A program made the position numbers and the translations under genes. The notes under the pieces are model-generated. The model had not been told where the DNA came from and made no database searches. It saw only the letters and a list, made by a program, of their open reading frames with translations. 64,000 nt of DNA from an uncultured Methanolobus sp. (lineage in GTDB: Archaea; Halobacteriota; Methanosarcinia; Methanosarcinales; Methanosarcinaceae), in NCBI GenBank assembly GCA_963675495.1, contig OY776215.1, positions 1,984,001 through 2,048,000 of the forward strand, read 5' to 3'. Below, piece by piece: positions 19,897 to 31,380 of this stretch; position 1 is the first letter of the stretch, and each line of letters starts with the position of its first letter.

Positions 19897-20583
19897 ATGG
19901 AACTACTTTCACTGGCAACAGACGCAATGTCTGCGGAACTTAGCCTTGTTATAATAATCTCGGCTTTCCTTCTTGGTGCGCTGCACGCACTTGAACCCGG
20001 TCACGGAAAATCTATCATGGCAGTTTTTGTAATGGGTACAGATGCTGATCTAAAAGACGCTCTTCTTCTGGGTCTCACCATTGTTGTATCTCATGTAGTA
20101 GTCGTACTGGCATTAGGTGTGGCCTCTATCTACCTTATAGATATACTGGATGTTGACATGACTCATGATATTATGAGTGTGATTGGAGGAGTCATACTAA
20201 TAGGGGTGGGGATATGGATATTAAGGAAATTCTATCATCCGCATGAGCATGCGATCGATACAAAAAAAGGTGTAATTGCAATAGGGCTTTCCACAGGACT
20301 TATACCATGTCCTGCAGCACTTGCAGTATTGCTTTTCAGTATTGCTAATAATCAGGTATACAATGGTCTGATATATGTATTGATATTCAGTGCTGGTCTG
20401 GCAATAGCAATTACATCACTGTCCGTTGTATTTGTCAAAGGGAAAGGTTTCATTGAGAGTTATGTGAGCAGCACAAAGATCAACAAACTCCCTTTAGTGA
20501 GTGGTTCAGTAATCGTTGTGATTGGTTTATTCACACTACTTCACCCACTGCTGGAGCATGTGGCACCGAGCTTTCATATTTAA
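19897..20583 (+). CDS. RcnA/HoxN-like Ni/Co transporter (probably efflux)
   Basis: GALHALEPGHGKS, GLIPCPAALAVLL, about 6 TM segments. Confidence 0.85.
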   Translation: MELLSLATDAMSAELSLVIIISAFLLGALHALEPGHGKSIMAVFVMGTDADLKDALLLGLTIVVSHVVVVLALGVASIYLIDILDVDMTHDIMSVIGGVILIGVGIWILRKFYHPHEHAIDTKKGVIAIGLSTGLIPCPAALAVLLFSIANNQVYNGLIYVLIFSAGLAIAITSLSVVFVKGKGFIESYVSSTKINKLPLVSGSVIVVIGLFTLLHPLLEHVAPSFHI

Positions 20584-20593
20584 GAATGAGGGC

Positions 20594-21430
20594 TTATAAG
20601 CTCTCATATGTTCTTTTCAACAGGAGAGCATCACCCTCGTTATCAGGGCTTTCGCAGATCAAAGTACCTTTCACGTCGAAGTCCTTCAATGCTCTCATAA
20701 GTTCTGTATATTGAAGGTCGGAATCGTCAAGGTTTAGGTGGTTCCTTTCTCCTTTTTCGCCGTATTCTATGCCTGATACATGCATGTGCATGTCATCCAG
20801 ACCTTCCCTACCGAGTTGATTTTCAACCAGTTCCAGTGTGGAGGTAAATTCTTCATAACTGTTCTCAGCTCCCCCACTCCTTGCATGCAAGTGTGCAAAA
20901 TCAATACATGGGAGTACATTATCTATCTCACTGCTAAGTTTCACGTTCTCTTGCATACTTCCGAACTGGGTTCCCTTGCCGGTTGTTTCAGGGCGAAGTA
21001 CCACATCTATGCCTTCATCAACCAATCGGGCAGTAAGGTGTTTCAACAATAAGAGTACTTTTTCATACACCTTATCAGGTACATCCTTCTGGTAGTATGC
21101 AGGGTGGAATACAATATTCCTTGCTCCACAAAGGCTGCCAATATTTGATGACTTGTATATCCTTTCAATGCTTGCATCAACCTTCTCTGGTTCGGCTGAG
21201 TTTAAGTTGATGTAGTAAGGGGCATGCACACTCAATGCGATTTTTTCATTTTCGGATATTCCAAGAACTTGTCCTGCAGTGGCTTCTCCCATTTTGACTC
21301 CACGAACGAATTCAAGTTCCATGCAGCCAAGTCCAAGTTCTCTGACTCTTTCAATACCTGATATGCTGTTTCTTTTCTTCGAGCTTTTAGGTGTTCCTGA
21401 AGTTCCAAAAAGAAGCTTAGAAGGCTTCAT
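20594..21430 (-). CDS. nfo: Endonuclease IV (AP endonuclease family 2)
   Basis: SVHAPYYINLNS, VFHP, PETTGK, CIDFAHLHAR, GERNH. Confidence 0.9.
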   Translation of the reverse strand: MKPSKLLFGTSGTPKSSKKRNSISGIERVRELGLGCMELEFVRGVKMGEATAGQVLGISENEKIALSVHAPYYINLNSAEPEKVDASIERIYKSSNIGSLCGARNIVFHPAYYQKDVPDKVYEKVLLLLKHLTARLVDEGIDVVLRPETTGKGTQFGSMQENVKLSSEIDNVLPCIDFAHLHARSGGAENSYEEFTSTLELVENQLGREGLDDMHMHVSGIEYGEKGERNHLNLDDSDLQYTELMRALKDFDVKGTLICESPDNEGDALLLKRTYESL

Positions 21431-21762
21431 TATGCCATTCCTAGCTTTGCCTTTAGTTCCTTCAATTTTTCGGTTGAAAGTTTCTCTTCAATCAATTCCA
21501 GAACGGTATCGACATCGTCTTCCTCAAGTGATCTGATATCTTCTTTTCCTTCCATGGCAAGCTGGAAAAGATACTCCATTTCTTCTTTGTCAAGCTTGTT
21601 CATCCTGTTCCTGAAATCATCTCCATCTTCTGCTATCTTGTGCGACAGGGGTCGGAGGATAAAAGGATAGTTATGTCCGGCATTAGACATGGTATTTCCA
21701 CTAAGTTCCGGTGCAAGCTTGTTAAATATCTGATTGTCCATTTCGTTGAATACTCTGCCCAT
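21430..21762 (-). CDS. Hypothetical acidic protein
   Basis: 110-aa ORF with a TAATG stop/start overlap with nfo. Confidence 0.8.
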   Translation of the reverse strand: MGRVFNEMDNQIFNKLAPELSGNTMSNAGHNYPFILRPLSHKIAEDGDDFRNRMNKLDKEEMEYLFQLAMEGKEDIRSLEEDDVDTVLELIEEKLSTEKLKELKAKLGMA

Positions 21763-21793
21763 GGAACTTAGTTGTAAAAAATAGTTTATAAAA

Positions 21794-22264
21794 TTATGTT
21801 TCGGAAGGGAATCTGATATGTCCGTGAATATCTATCTCTCCCTGTGCTATCCTTGTTGATGAGATGGGTTTTTCGTCATCTGCAAGCATGTAATCGATCA
21901 TGATCACTTTTATGCTCTTCATTTCCTTATCTTTTCTGAGCTTGTTTATTTTCATGGCAACAGAATGGGTCTCAGGGGAGACTACGATGTAGTCATAGTT
22001 CTCAGTGAGTGTTTTTCCATAGGGGTCATTAAGTTCTATGATCCTGAAATTCTGGTGACCAGACATTTCATTTATGTATCGAAGAAGTTTATCTCTGCGA
22101 ATATTGTAATCGGGAACTCCGCGTGGGCGCCTATTTGCCATCTCATTGGAGGTGAGGCCGATATCAACGTTCCCATCTTCAGCAAGTTCGAATGCTTTTC
22201 TTAACAGTTTTTTATGCCCGTCATGAAGACATTCAAAGGTTCCGCCGACTACTACTCTGGCCAT
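21794..22264 (-). CDS. coaD: Phosphopantetheine adenylyltransferase (archaeal type)
   Basis: VGGTFECLHDGH, IVVSPET, ISSTRI. Confidence 0.93.
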   Translation of the reverse strand: MARVVVGGTFECLHDGHKKLLRKAFELAEDGNVDIGLTSNEMANRRPRGVPDYNIRRDKLLRYINEMSGHQNFRIIELNDPYGKTLTENYDYIVVSPETHSVAMKINKLRKDKEMKSIKVIMIDYMLADDEKPISSTRIAQGEIDIHGHIRFPSET

Positions 22265-22412
22265 TGCTCCTTAATACTTGCTTTTGAAGATAAGTCTTGT
22301 GTTATAAATAATACTTTCACCCCGCTCTCTTTAGGTATATATACTCAGGAATCAATTAGGTAATCGAACTGTGCACCAGAAGAAAACATGTGCACCTATG
22401 GAGTTAAGAAAA

Positions 22413-23390
22413 ATGTCCGAAGTGTTATTAGAAGAACTGGACCATGTCGGTCCGGCAACCGCTCTAAAATTGAAAGATGCAGGGTTTACGACAATTGAAG
22501 CAATTGCTGTTTCCTCACCTGCAGAACTTGCAACCGCAGCTGAAATAGGCGAATCAACGGCTTCAAAGATCATTCTCGCAGCCCGTCAATCGGCCGATAT
22601 CGGAGGCTTTGAGACTGGTGATATTGTGATGGAACGCAGGAAGCTTGTAGGTAAGTTAACCACAGGTTGTACTGAATTCAATGAAATGATGGGCGGAGGA
22701 ATAGACACTCAGGCAATTACTGAATTCTATGGTGAATTCGGTTCTGGTAAAACACAGGTCGCACATCAGCTTGCTGTTAATGTACAATTACCAAAGGAGC
22801 AGGGCGGACTTAGTGGCTCTGTAGTTATCATTGATACCGAGAACACCTTCAGACCAGAAAGGATTAAACAGATGGTGGATGGTTTGTCCGAAATATATGG
22901 TCAGGAATATGACCATGAAGAATTCCTTAAACATATACATGTAGCACGCGCTTACAATTCTAATCATCAGATACTCCTTGTTGATTCAGCAATGGAACTT
23001 GCCAATGAATTGAAGGATACGGACATGCCCGTGAAGCTTTTTATTGTAGATTCCCTGACTGCTCACTTCAGGGCAGAATACATAGGCAGGGGAACACTTG
23101 CTGACAGGCAGCAAAAGCTCAATAAGCATCTTCATGGTCTGCAAAAATGTGGAGATCTCTATAATGCATGTGTCGTCGTCACAAATCAGGTTATGTCCAA
23201 ACCCGATGCATTCTTTGGTGACCCTACTAAACCGATCGGGGGCCATATTGTGGGGCACACATCAACATTCAGGCTCTACATGCGTAAATCCAAAGGTGAC
23301 AAGAGGATAGTTAAGCTTGTAGATTCTCCAAATCTTCCTGACGGGGAAGCAATAATTTCTGTAACCACACCTGGTCTGCGTGATCCATAA
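22413..23390 (+). CDS. radA: DNA repair/recombination protein RadA
   Basis: [37 protein letters not shown]; N-terminal HhH domain. Confidence 0.98.
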   Translation: MSEVLLEELDHVGPATALKLKDAGFTTIEAIAVSSPAELATAAEIGESTASKIILAARQSADIGGFETGDIVMERRKLVGKLTTGCTEFNEMMGGGIDTQAITEFYGEFGSGKTQVAHQLAVNVQLPKEQGGLSGSVVIIDTENTFRPERIKQMVDGLSEIYGQEYDHEEFLKHIHVARAYNSNHQILLVDSAMELANELKDTDMPVKLFIVDSLTAHFRAEYIGRGTLADRQQKLNKHLHGLQKCGDLYNACVVVTNQVMSKPDAFFGDPTKPIGGHIVGHTSTFRLYMRKSKGDKRIVKLVDSPNLPDGEAIISVTTPGLRDP

Positions 23391-23591
23391 TACATAACGG
23401 TTTATCAGGGAATCTCTTTAAAAGGGATTCCTCCTCTCTTTTAAGGTTTAGTTCGCAGTCATTTCTGTTGAACAGGAATGTTTGATTTTATTTTTAATAG
23501 TTTTCTCTAAAAGCCTGATGTCTATTGAGATCTCATTGAACTATCCGAAGCATCGAAAACACTTAAATCTCTCTCTTCATATCTATTGTTT

Positions 23592-24272
23592 ATGAAATAC
23601 AAGGCTCTTGTAATTGACATAGATGGCACTATCACCCATATGGATCGCAAGCTTAGCCTCAAGGCTGCTGCAAAACTGCGTTCACTTGACATTCCTGTTG
23701 TAATTGCAACTGGAAACGTCCTATGTTATGCCAAAGCCACAGCAAAACTGGTCGGCGTGTGTTGTAACATCATAGCTGAGAATGGGGGTGTCATAATCGA
23801 TGGGTTTGACAATGAGCCAATTGTTTCAGATGTTATTCATGAATGCGAGGATGCATATGAATTCCTTTCTTCCAGGTTTGATATGGAAAAGCTTGATTCT
23901 GTACACAGGAAAACGGAAATTGTCTTGCGAAACAACTTTGATGTTGAAGCTGCCAGGAAATTATTGGGGTCACGTTTTCCGGGAATTGAAATAATAGATA
24001 CTCATTTTGCAATCCATATAAAGAGCAGAAAAATAAACAAGGGCACGGGCCTTATGAAAATGGCTGAATTAATGGGACTCAAGACCTCTGATTTTATTGC
24101 CATCGGGGATTCAGTGAACGATCTTGAGATGCTTGAAGAAGCAGGTTTTGCAATTGCGGTAGGCAACGCTGATGATTTCTTAAAGGACGCTGCTGATTAC
24201 GTAAGCACAGCGACATATGGTGATGGCACTGCAGAAGCTGTGGATTTCCTTTTATCCAAGGGTATGATCTAA
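23592..24272 (+). CDS. HAD-family phosphoglycolate phosphatase
   Basis: DIDGTIT, ATGN, AENGG, NKGTGL, IGDSVND. Confidence 0.9.
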   Translation: MKYKALVIDIDGTITHMDRKLSLKAAAKLRSLDIPVVIATGNVLCYAKATAKLVGVCCNIIAENGGVIIDGFDNEPIVSDVIHECEDAYEFLSSRFDMEKLDSVHRKTEIVLRNNFDVEAARKLLGSRFPGIEIIDTHFAIHIKSRKINKGTGLMKMAELMGLKTSDFIAIGDSVNDLEMLEEAGFAIAVGNADDFLKDAADYVSTATYGDGTAEAVDFLLSKGMI

Positions 24273-24344
24273 TACTCTTGTCTGTTAAAAATAGAATTGA
24301 TGTCAGAGCTGCAAAGATGGATTCACACTTTGCAACCTGAACAT

Positions 24345-24626
24345 TTACATGCTGATATTTTCAGTAGCCAGTCCACGTGCTATGTTTTTGTCGACGACTA
24401 TGTAGTCTTTTATTGCTCTTACAGATTCAAAAGGTAATAATATATACTGTTCATCAACCTTGTATCTTGATGTGTCAAGACTCATGTCCGGTTTAACGAT
24501 CAGGTCTATAATATCTCCTGTCTTAATATCCATTACAATATTGAACAGTATACCTATTTCTGTTCCATCTGTTGCCATTACCTGTTTGCTCGAAAGGTTC
24601 TTCGCAAAGACATTTGCCATTTTCAT
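24345..24626 (-). CDS. PRC-barrel protein (CdpB-like, possibly cell division)
   Basis: LSSKQVMATDGTEIG...DIKTGDI...PFESVRAIKDYIVV. Confidence 0.85.
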   Translation of the reverse strand: MKMANVFAKNLSSKQVMATDGTEIGILFNIVMDIKTGDIIDLIVKPDMSLDTSRYKVDEQYILLPFESVRAIKDYIVVDKNIARGLATENISM

Positions 24627-24668
24627 TCGCCCCTTTGTATAAAAATCACATTTAAATTTTTCATATAT

Positions 24669-26915
24669 TTATCTGTATCCTATATAAGAACTCGCTTCTT
24701 CTTTTTTGATACCGCCCTTGAACTGTGCCTGTATTTTCTCGTAATACTCCATCAGATTCTCGGACAATGTTGGTCTTACCTTGTTCAGGGCTTCTTTGAA
24801 ATATTTCATGCCAACCTTTTGAACTTCAAAGTTCTCTCTCAATGCCAGCATGACAGCCTCTCTGCAAACGGCTTCAATATCTGCTCCAACGAAACCTTCT
24901 GTGATGGTTGCAAGATCGTCTATTGTTACATCATCATCCAGTGGTATGTTCTTGGCATGTATTTTAAATATCTCTTTTCTGCCTGCAAAAGTGGATTGTC
25001 CTACAAGTACCATCCTGTCAAATCTTCCAGATCGGATAAGTGCCGGATCAATGATGTCAGGGCGGTTGGTTGCGGCAACGACGACTATCTCTTTTAAAGG
25101 CTCAAGACCATCAAGTTCTGTCAAAAGCTGGTTCACAATTCTCTCGGATACTTTTGAGTCCTCGGAGGCTGCACTTCTCATTGGTGCGATAGAATCAAGT
25201 TCATCAAAGAATACGATACAAGGGGCTACCTGCCTTGCTTTTTTGAAAGTCTCTCTGATGGCTTTCTCTGATTCACCCACCCACTTTGAGAGCATCTGTG
25301 GACCTTTAACGCTGATGAAATTTGCGTTTGACTCATTTGCGACAGCTTGTGCAATAAGTGTTTTTCCGGTACCAGGTGGACCGAACAGTAACACTCCTTT
25401 TGGGGGTTTGATTCCCATGTTTACGAACTTGTCCGGGCTGGTAAGTGGCCACTCTACAGCTTCCCTTATTTCTTGCTTCGCCTTATCAAGTCCTCCGACA
25501 TCATCCCATTTCACGGATGGAATCTCCACAAGGACTTCTCTCATTGCAGAAGGTTCTATTTCCCGGAGTGCAATTTCAAAGTCATCCTTGCATACCATGA
25601 TAGTATCGAGTATTTCCTGGGGTATGTCCTCGTCTTCAAGATTGATATCAGGCAATGCACGTCTCAGGGACCGCATTGCAGCTTCCTGCACAAGGGCAAG
25701 AAGATCTGCACCTACAAATGCCTGTGTATGTTTTGCAATATAATCCAGGAAATCCTCGTCTACATCTTCAGCCAAAGGAACTCCTCTTGTGTGGATCTGC
25801 ATTATCTCAAGGCGGTCATCATTATCAGGAACTCCTATCTCAATTTCCCTGTCAAATCTTCCAGGTCTGCGAAGTGCCGGATCAATTGCATCTACACGGT
25901 TGGTAGCACCTATCACAACGACCTGACCTCTTTCTTCAAGGCCGTCCATCATTGTAAGCAACTGGGCAACAACCCTGCGTTCGACCTCTCCTGTAACGTT
26001 CTCTCTCTTTGGTGCAATAGAGTCGATCTCATCAATGAATATTATTGAAGGGGCATCATCTTCCGCTTCCTCGAAAATTTTACGGATGCGCTCTTCACTT
26101 TCTCCGTAATATTTTCCCATAATCTCGGGACCTGCAACATAAAGGAAATTTGCCCTTGATTCATTTGCAACAGCTTTGGCAATCAATGTTTTTCCGGTTC
26201 CTGGGGGACCGTAAAGTATGATTCCCTTCGGTGGTTCGATGTTAAGTCTCTGGAATAGTTCGGGGTGCTTCAATGGAAGCTCGATCATTTCCCTGACACG
26301 CTGTATCTCTGTTCCAAGACCGCCGATATCCTCGTATGTGACTCCTCTGGTTGCGCCATCGTACCCGCGAACTGGTTTCTGACGAAGTTCTATTTCTGTA
26401 AACTCTCCGACAATAAGGATGTCTTCTTTTGGTTCGGTTTCAACAGCTACCAAGGGTATTGCCTGTCCTCCGCCCATTTGGCTTGACATTGGCTGTGTCA
26501 TTGAGCTGATGATGGGGATTATATCTCCTTCTACAAGAGGACGCTTCATTATATTGCGCTTAATTATCTCACTAATATGATCTCCGTATTCCATAGTGAC
26601 ACCTTCGGGAGGTGCCAGCACAACTTTTGTGGCAGTTACGACATCGGCTTTTCTTACTGTGATCCTTTCCCCGATTCCGACGCCTGCATTCTGCCTTATA
26701 AAACCGTCTATTCTGGCAATACCTTGTCCCCAGTCTTGTCTTTCAGCTCTCCATACCTTGGCTGCGGTCTTTCTCTTTCCCTCTATCTCAACAATGTCGC
26801 CAGGTGAGAGTTGAAGGCTTAAGAGTGTAGTAGGGTCCAGACGGATAATTCCCCTCCCAAAATCATTTGGGTGTGCTTTCTCTACTTTGATCTGTACTTC
26901 ATCCATTATTTTCAT
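24669..26915 (-). CDS. cdc48: CDC48/VCP-family AAA ATPase
   Basis: Two AAA modules, each with GPPGTGKT; RRPGRFDRE; C-terminal ...IGYR. Confidence 0.97.
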   Translation of the reverse strand: MKIMDEVQIKVEKAHPNDFGRGIIRLDPTTLLSLQLSPGDIVEIEGKRKTAAKVWRAERQDWGQGIARIDGFIRQNAGVGIGERITVRKADVVTATKVVLAPPEGVTMEYGDHISEIIKRNIMKRPLVEGDIIPIISSMTQPMSSQMGGGQAIPLVAVETEPKEDILIVGEFTEIELRQKPVRGYDGATRGVTYEDIGGLGTEIQRVREMIELPLKHPELFQRLNIEPPKGIILYGPPGTGKTLIAKAVANESRANFLYVAGPEIMGKYYGESEERIRKIFEEAEDDAPSIIFIDEIDSIAPKRENVTGEVERRVVAQLLTMMDGLEERGQVVVIGATNRVDAIDPALRRPGRFDREIEIGVPDNDDRLEIMQIHTRGVPLAEDVDEDFLDYIAKHTQAFVGADLLALVQEAAMRSLRRALPDINLEDEDIPQEILDTIMVCKDDFEIALREIEPSAMREVLVEIPSVKWDDVGGLDKAKQEIREAVEWPLTSPDKFVNMGIKPPKGVLLFGPPGTGKTLIAQAVANESNANFISVKGPQMLSKWVGESEKAIRETFKKARQVAPCIVFFDELDSIAPMRSAASEDSKVSERIVNQLLTELDGLEPLKEIVVVAATNRPDIIDPALIRSGRFDRMVLVGQSTFAGRKEIFKIHAKNIPLDDDVTIDDLATITEGFVGADIEAVCREAVMLALRENFEVQKVGMKYFKEALNKVRPTLSENLMEYYEKIQAQFKGGIKKEEASSYIGYR

Positions 26916-27169
26916 CCCTACAATTATTATAAACCAATAGTGTGATTGTAATTTATATCTACCTATTTTATTCTAAAGAATAAATAAGATATGGTGTCCC
27001 TATCCACCCATAGTTTGCTTTCTTGTTAAGAAGGTTTAAATATCATTTGTGTATATTTATCGTTGTAAGATTAAACATTATTCTGGGATTCATTTAATTA
27101 GATTTTTTATCTATGGTGTTTTTCATTATGATTTTGGTTTTACTTTTGAATTAAAGGACGTGCATTATT

Positions 27170-27382
27170 TTGTTTAATAACAATGATAGAGAATCAACAG
27201 CTCCTGTAGATGTTGGAGAGACATACGAAGTAACGATTGAAGATATTGCAAGAGAAGGCGACGGCATTGCCAGAGTAGAAGGATTTGTAATCTTTGTACC
27301 ACAGACCCAGGTCGGCGATACCGTAAATATCAAGATCACAAGAGTATTGCGCAAATTTGCTTTTGGAGAGAAAGAAGAATAA
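27170..27382 (+). CDS. Single TRAM-domain RNA chaperone
   Basis: APVDVGETYEVTIEDIAREGDGIARVEGFVIFVP...KFAFGE; TTG start. Confidence 0.93.
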   Translation: MFNNNDRESTAPVDVGETYEVTIEDIAREGDGIARVEGFVIFVPQTQVGDTVNIKITRVLRKFAFGEKEE

Positions 27383-27507
27383 ATCTTCAAAGAATGGTTA
27401 TCACCATTCTTTCAAACTCTTTTTTGTTTATTATTTATGTTTTTAGGTTTTTTTTCCTTTTCATTATAAGGAAATGTATTTATGTGCCAATCACCCATGC
27501 TTTTACT

Positions 27508-28158
27508 ATGGGGTTAAAAGCATTATTTCTTAATTGTACACTGAAGCGTTCTCCTGACATATCGAACACCAGAGTTCTAATTGACAAAGCAGTCAGGCTT
27601 TTTGAAGGAATAGGTGTTGAAAGTGAAGTTGTCAGGGTTACTGATTACAACGTCAAATTCGGTGTTTCCTCTGATGAAGGGGAAGGTGATGAGTGGCCAT
27701 TGATTCTTGAAAAGGTTAGAGCATCTGACATCCTTGTCATAGGTTCTCCTATATGGTTCGGTGTGCGCTCTTCAGTGGCACAGATGGTTATGGAGAGACT
27801 TGATGGTACCTATGAGGAAAGCGATCCAAAGAACGGCCAGTTTCCTTTATATGGTAAAGTGGGTGGAGTGATCATCACCGGTAACGAGGATGGGGCACAC
27901 GATGTTGCGGCAAATACGTTATTCAATCTGACACACCTCGGGTGTACCATACCACCAAATGTCGATAGCTATTGGGTAGGTCCTGCTGGCCCTGGTCCCA
28001 GTTATATTGAAGCAGGTGGGGAAAAACATCTCTACACCAATAAGACCGTACGGTATATGGTGCATAACCTTGCTTTCTTTGCTGAATTACTGAAGAGCAA
28101 TCCTATAACAACAAACATCAATGAATTGTATGAAGATGCCCTAAAGGAAAGTGAATAG
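27508..28158 (+). CDS. Flavodoxin-family / NADPH-dependent FMN reductase
   Basis: LNCTLKRSP..SNT, GSPIWFG, TGNEDG. Confidence 0.88.
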   Translation: MGLKALFLNCTLKRSPDISNTRVLIDKAVRLFEGIGVESEVVRVTDYNVKFGVSSDEGEGDEWPLILEKVRASDILVIGSPIWFGVRSSVAQMVMERLDGTYEESDPKNGQFPLYGKVGGVIITGNEDGAHDVAANTLFNLTHLGCTIPPNVDSYWVGPAGPGPSYIEAGGEKHLYTNKTVRYMVHNLAFFAELLKSNPITTNINELYEDALKESE

Positions 28159-28176
28159 TCTTTTCCAAGACTATTC
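28153..28176. terminator. Perfect 10-bp hairpin between convergent genes
   Basis: GAATAGTCTT-TTCC-AAGACTATTC. Confidence 0.6.
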
Positions 28177-28205
28177 TTTCAATATAAAAAATAATGAGAT
28201 GATGG

Positions 28206-30353
28206 TTATTCCATCATCAATGCCATGAGGCTGTTTCTTGCTCCTTTTATTTCATCAGGGCTCAGCTGGATATTTGAAGCTCCGATACGGATGTTCAATA
28301 TATCCCCGCCAACTGTTCCAATCACGGCATGTGGCACATCTTTTAGTAAATCTGTAACTTCAGCAGGCTCAGAAGTAACTATCAACGCCCTTGCATAGGA
28401 TTCAGAGAACAGGATGTCATCTGCCCTGAGGCCTTCTCCTACGTTGCTCAGATCAACATCTGCGCCGTAGTTCTCACACATTTCGCAAATTGAAGCTGCA
28501 ATTCCTCCAATTGATATATCATGTGATGCTGTGAGCTTTCCACTTTTTGCAAGGTCTATGAGCGTATCGATTACCTTGGTGATATTTTTAGGTGGTTGCG
28601 GCGCGTTTCCATCATTTTCCTTTCCTATGATGTTGTAGTATTCAGAACCGCCAAGCTCATCGCCTGTTGTTCCTACAAGAATAATGGTGTCTCCTTCCTT
28701 AGTGAAAACACCTGAAGGGGCCATGGTAACATCTTCGATATGTCCTACAAGGCCTATGGATGGTGTAGGGGCAATTGCTGTCTTGAATTCTCCACTCTCA
28801 TTGTAAAGGGATACATTTCCTCCAACCACTGGTATTGTAAGGTCTCTTGCTGCATCACCGAGTCCAAGGATCGCATGCTTGAATTGCCAGTATATGTCGG
28901 GTCTTTCCGGGTTTCCAAAGTTCAGGCAATCAACAATGGCGATTCCACGTGCACCTTTTACAGCAAGGTTCATGGCATTCTCAATGACCGTTCCTTTTCC
29001 ACCTGCATATGGGTCAAGCTGTGTGTGCCTTGGGTTGCATCCGCATGAGAGTGCTATCCCCTCATTTCCATCAATGCGTAGTATTCCTGCGTCATCTCCG
29101 GGTTTTGTGACTGTGCGCACCTGCACTTCATGATCATACTGCCTGTATATCCATCTCTTTGAAGCTATGTTGTGGGAAGACAATAAGTCAAGTACTGCTT
29201 GCTTCAGGTCTGCCGGCATGTCAGGCTTATCTCCGATGTCACGTGGGGCAGGAGCTTCAGAAGGGCGCTCGAACGTTGGTGCTCCTTCTGTTAATTCTTT
29301 AATTGGTATATCAGCAACGACCTCTCCCTCGAACTCAACGGTATAGTTCAGCACTTCTGTGAGTTCGCCTATCATGCTTACATTAAGGTCGTACTTCTTT
29401 GCGATATCCAATACGGCATCCACATTTTCAGGTTCTACTTCAAGTAGCATACGTTCCTGTGATTCAGCAATCAGTATCTCATAAGGTGTCATGCCTGTCT
29501 CGCGCAGGATCACATTGTCGGCAATGATTCTCATTCCGAGATTGCCTTTGGATGCCATTTCCGAGCTTGCACCAGCAAGTCCTGCAGCTCCAAGGTCTCT
29601 GCATGATTTTACGTATCCTTTTCCAATGACTTCCAGCGTTGCCTCGATAACCAGTTTTTCAGTGAATGGGTCACCTATCTGGATGCTTGGTCTGTCCTCT
29701 GCTTCAGAATCCTCTGAAAGGTCCCTTGATGCAAAAGATGCTCCTCCAAGTCCGTCCCTTCCGGTTGTGGATCCCATCAGTACAAGCTTGTTACCTGCAG
29801 TTTGCGCACAGGCAGTCACGACATCCTTCTCGCGTGCAAGACCAACCGCGACCACATTTACCAGGGGGTTTCCACTGTATGATTTGTCAAAGAATGCTTC
29901 ACCACGTACGACTGGTACTCCGATACAGTTGCCGTATCCTGCAATTCCTTCAATGATATGCTCAAAGAGGTAGAGGTTCTTCGGGTTGTCAAGAGGTCCG
30001 AAATAGAGTGGGTCCATAAGTGCAATAGGTCTTGCTCCCATTGAAATTATATCGCGCACGATTCCTCCCACGCCTGTGGCTGAACCGTTGTATGGATCTA
30101 CGTATGAGGGGTGATTGTGGCTTTCCATTCCTACTGCAAGTACCCATCCGTTTCCAAAACTGATAATGGCTGCATCATCTCCGGGTCCTATAATTACTTT
30201 GTCTCCGGTAGTTGTAAATGTCTTAAGCAGTGGTGCACTTGAGCGATATGAGCAGTGCTCGCTCCATAGGTTCAGGAAACAACCTTGTTCTACGAGATTT
30301 GGTTCTCTTCCCATCTTCTCTGTTATGATCTTTAAGTCATCTTCAGGTAACAT
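28206..30353 (-). CDS. purL: Phosphoribosylformylglycinamidine synthase subunit PurL
   Basis: [41 protein letters not shown]. Confidence 0.98.
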   Translation of the reverse strand: MLPEDDLKIITEKMGREPNLVEQGCFLNLWSEHCSYRSSAPLLKTFTTTGDKVIIGPGDDAAIISFGNGWVLAVGMESHNHPSYVDPYNGSATGVGGIVRDIISMGARPIALMDPLYFGPLDNPKNLYLFEHIIEGIAGYGNCIGVPVVRGEAFFDKSYSGNPLVNVVAVGLAREKDVVTACAQTAGNKLVLMGSTTGRDGLGGASFASRDLSEDSEAEDRPSIQIGDPFTEKLVIEATLEVIGKGYVKSCRDLGAAGLAGASSEMASKGNLGMRIIADNVILRETGMTPYEILIAESQERMLLEVEPENVDAVLDIAKKYDLNVSMIGELTEVLNYTVEFEGEVVADIPIKELTEGAPTFERPSEAPAPRDIGDKPDMPADLKQAVLDLLSSHNIASKRWIYRQYDHEVQVRTVTKPGDDAGILRIDGNEGIALSCGCNPRHTQLDPYAGGKGTVIENAMNLAVKGARGIAIVDCLNFGNPERPDIYWQFKHAILGLGDAARDLTIPVVGGNVSLYNESGEFKTAIAPTPSIGLVGHIEDVTMAPSGVFTKEGDTIILVGTTGDELGGSEYYNIIGKENDGNAPQPPKNITKVIDTLIDLAKSGKLTASHDISIGGIAASICEMCENYGADVDLSNVGEGLRADDILFSESYARALIVTSEPAEVTDLLKDVPHAVIGTVGGDILNIRIGASNIQLSPDEIKGARNSLMALMME

Positions 30354-30492
30354 TCATGTGCCTCTGGTTTAATATGATGATATGTGTATGGTGAATTATC
30401 AGGGCTTTAAAGAACCCTTAATGTAATAAACATTTCTTTGAACAGGTTTTAAGGCAGATTCCAATAATGTGGCATGTGCAAGGGTTAATGTT

Positions 30493-30852
30493 TTAATGGC
30501 AGCGATTTTCAAAATCAATTTTATCACCTATGTTTATTTCCATTTTATCAGATTTCCCATGGGATGTTTCTATGATATATTTGACTTTTTCTTTGCAGGA
30601 GCACATGCCGATCCAGGCTTGCAGGCTGGATGTCTGAATAACTCTTTTTTGCTCATCAAGAAAAATAGCATCAATTGGATAATTGACGAAAAGCATGTGT
30701 AACGATACTTTCTGTGCCTTTTTCATTACAAACACCAGGGCATAGCTATCCGGTATCCTCCTGCTGAACATGAGTCCCTTCACCTGTTTAAATAGGCTAC
30801 ACGCAAAAGCAACGTCCGTTGCTATCTCTTTACCATTAGATATTAATATCAT
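30493..30852 (-). CDS. DUF192 family protein
   Basis: KGLMF, LHMLFVNYPIDAIFLD, YIIE. Confidence 0.85.
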   Translation of the reverse strand: MILISNGKEIATDVAFACSLFKQVKGLMFSRRIPDSYALVFVMKKAQKVSLHMLFVNYPIDAIFLDEQKRVIQTSSLQAWIGMCSCKEKVKYIIETSHGKSDKMEINIGDKIDFENRCH

Positions 30853-30939
30853 CGAAGTTTTACTCTATTAATCTATTTTAGTTAAATGCATATATGGAGT
30901 GTTTAAAATAGATAATAATATCGGAGGAAATACCAGAAG

Positions 30940-31248
30940 ATGAGTTCGGAAATGTGTTCGGTCTGTGGACTACCAAAAGAGCTTTGCATATGCGAAGAAG
31001 TGGCAAAAGAGCAGCAAAGAATAATTGTAAAAGTAAATAGAAGACGGTATGGGAAAGAAGTAACGGTTGTAGAGGGTTTTGACGCACACGAAATCGACCT
31101 TCATGAACTTTCAACTTATCTCAAGTCTAAATTTGCATGCGGTGGGACAGTAAAAGGAAATTCGGTAGAATTACAGGGCAATCACCTTAGCCGTATGAAG
31201 GATGTTCTTATTGAAAGAGGATTTTCTCCAGATCAGATAAAGAATTGA
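30940..31248 (+). CDS. SUI1 / aIF-1 translation factor
   Basis: [36 protein letters not shown]. Confidence 0.95.
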   Translation: MSSEMCSVCGLPKELCICEEVAKEQQRIIVKVNRRRYGKEVTVVEGFDAHEIDLHELSTYLKSKFACGGTVKGNSVELQGNHLSRMKDVLIERGFSPDQIKN

Positions 31249-31261
31249 TCTTATTTTCTCT

Positions 31262-31284
31262 TATGTGTGGAATATCCACACATA
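31262..31284 (+). terminator. Hairpin after SUI1
   Basis: TATGTGTGGA-ATA-TCCACACATA. Confidence 0.5.
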
Positions 31285-31380
31285 CTCTAGCAGTATTTTT
31301 CTGCTTGAATGTAATTCTTCAGTGTTCTTTGCTGAAGGATATTTATTTATTGAACGTATTCTCTACTAGATATAGATATT

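Noticed and set aside
24850-25743. Long antisense ORFs over cdc48, and similar ones over the P-type ATPase, purL, mer and arsM
   Set aside because: They are shadows of codon bias in well-supported genes on the opposite strand.
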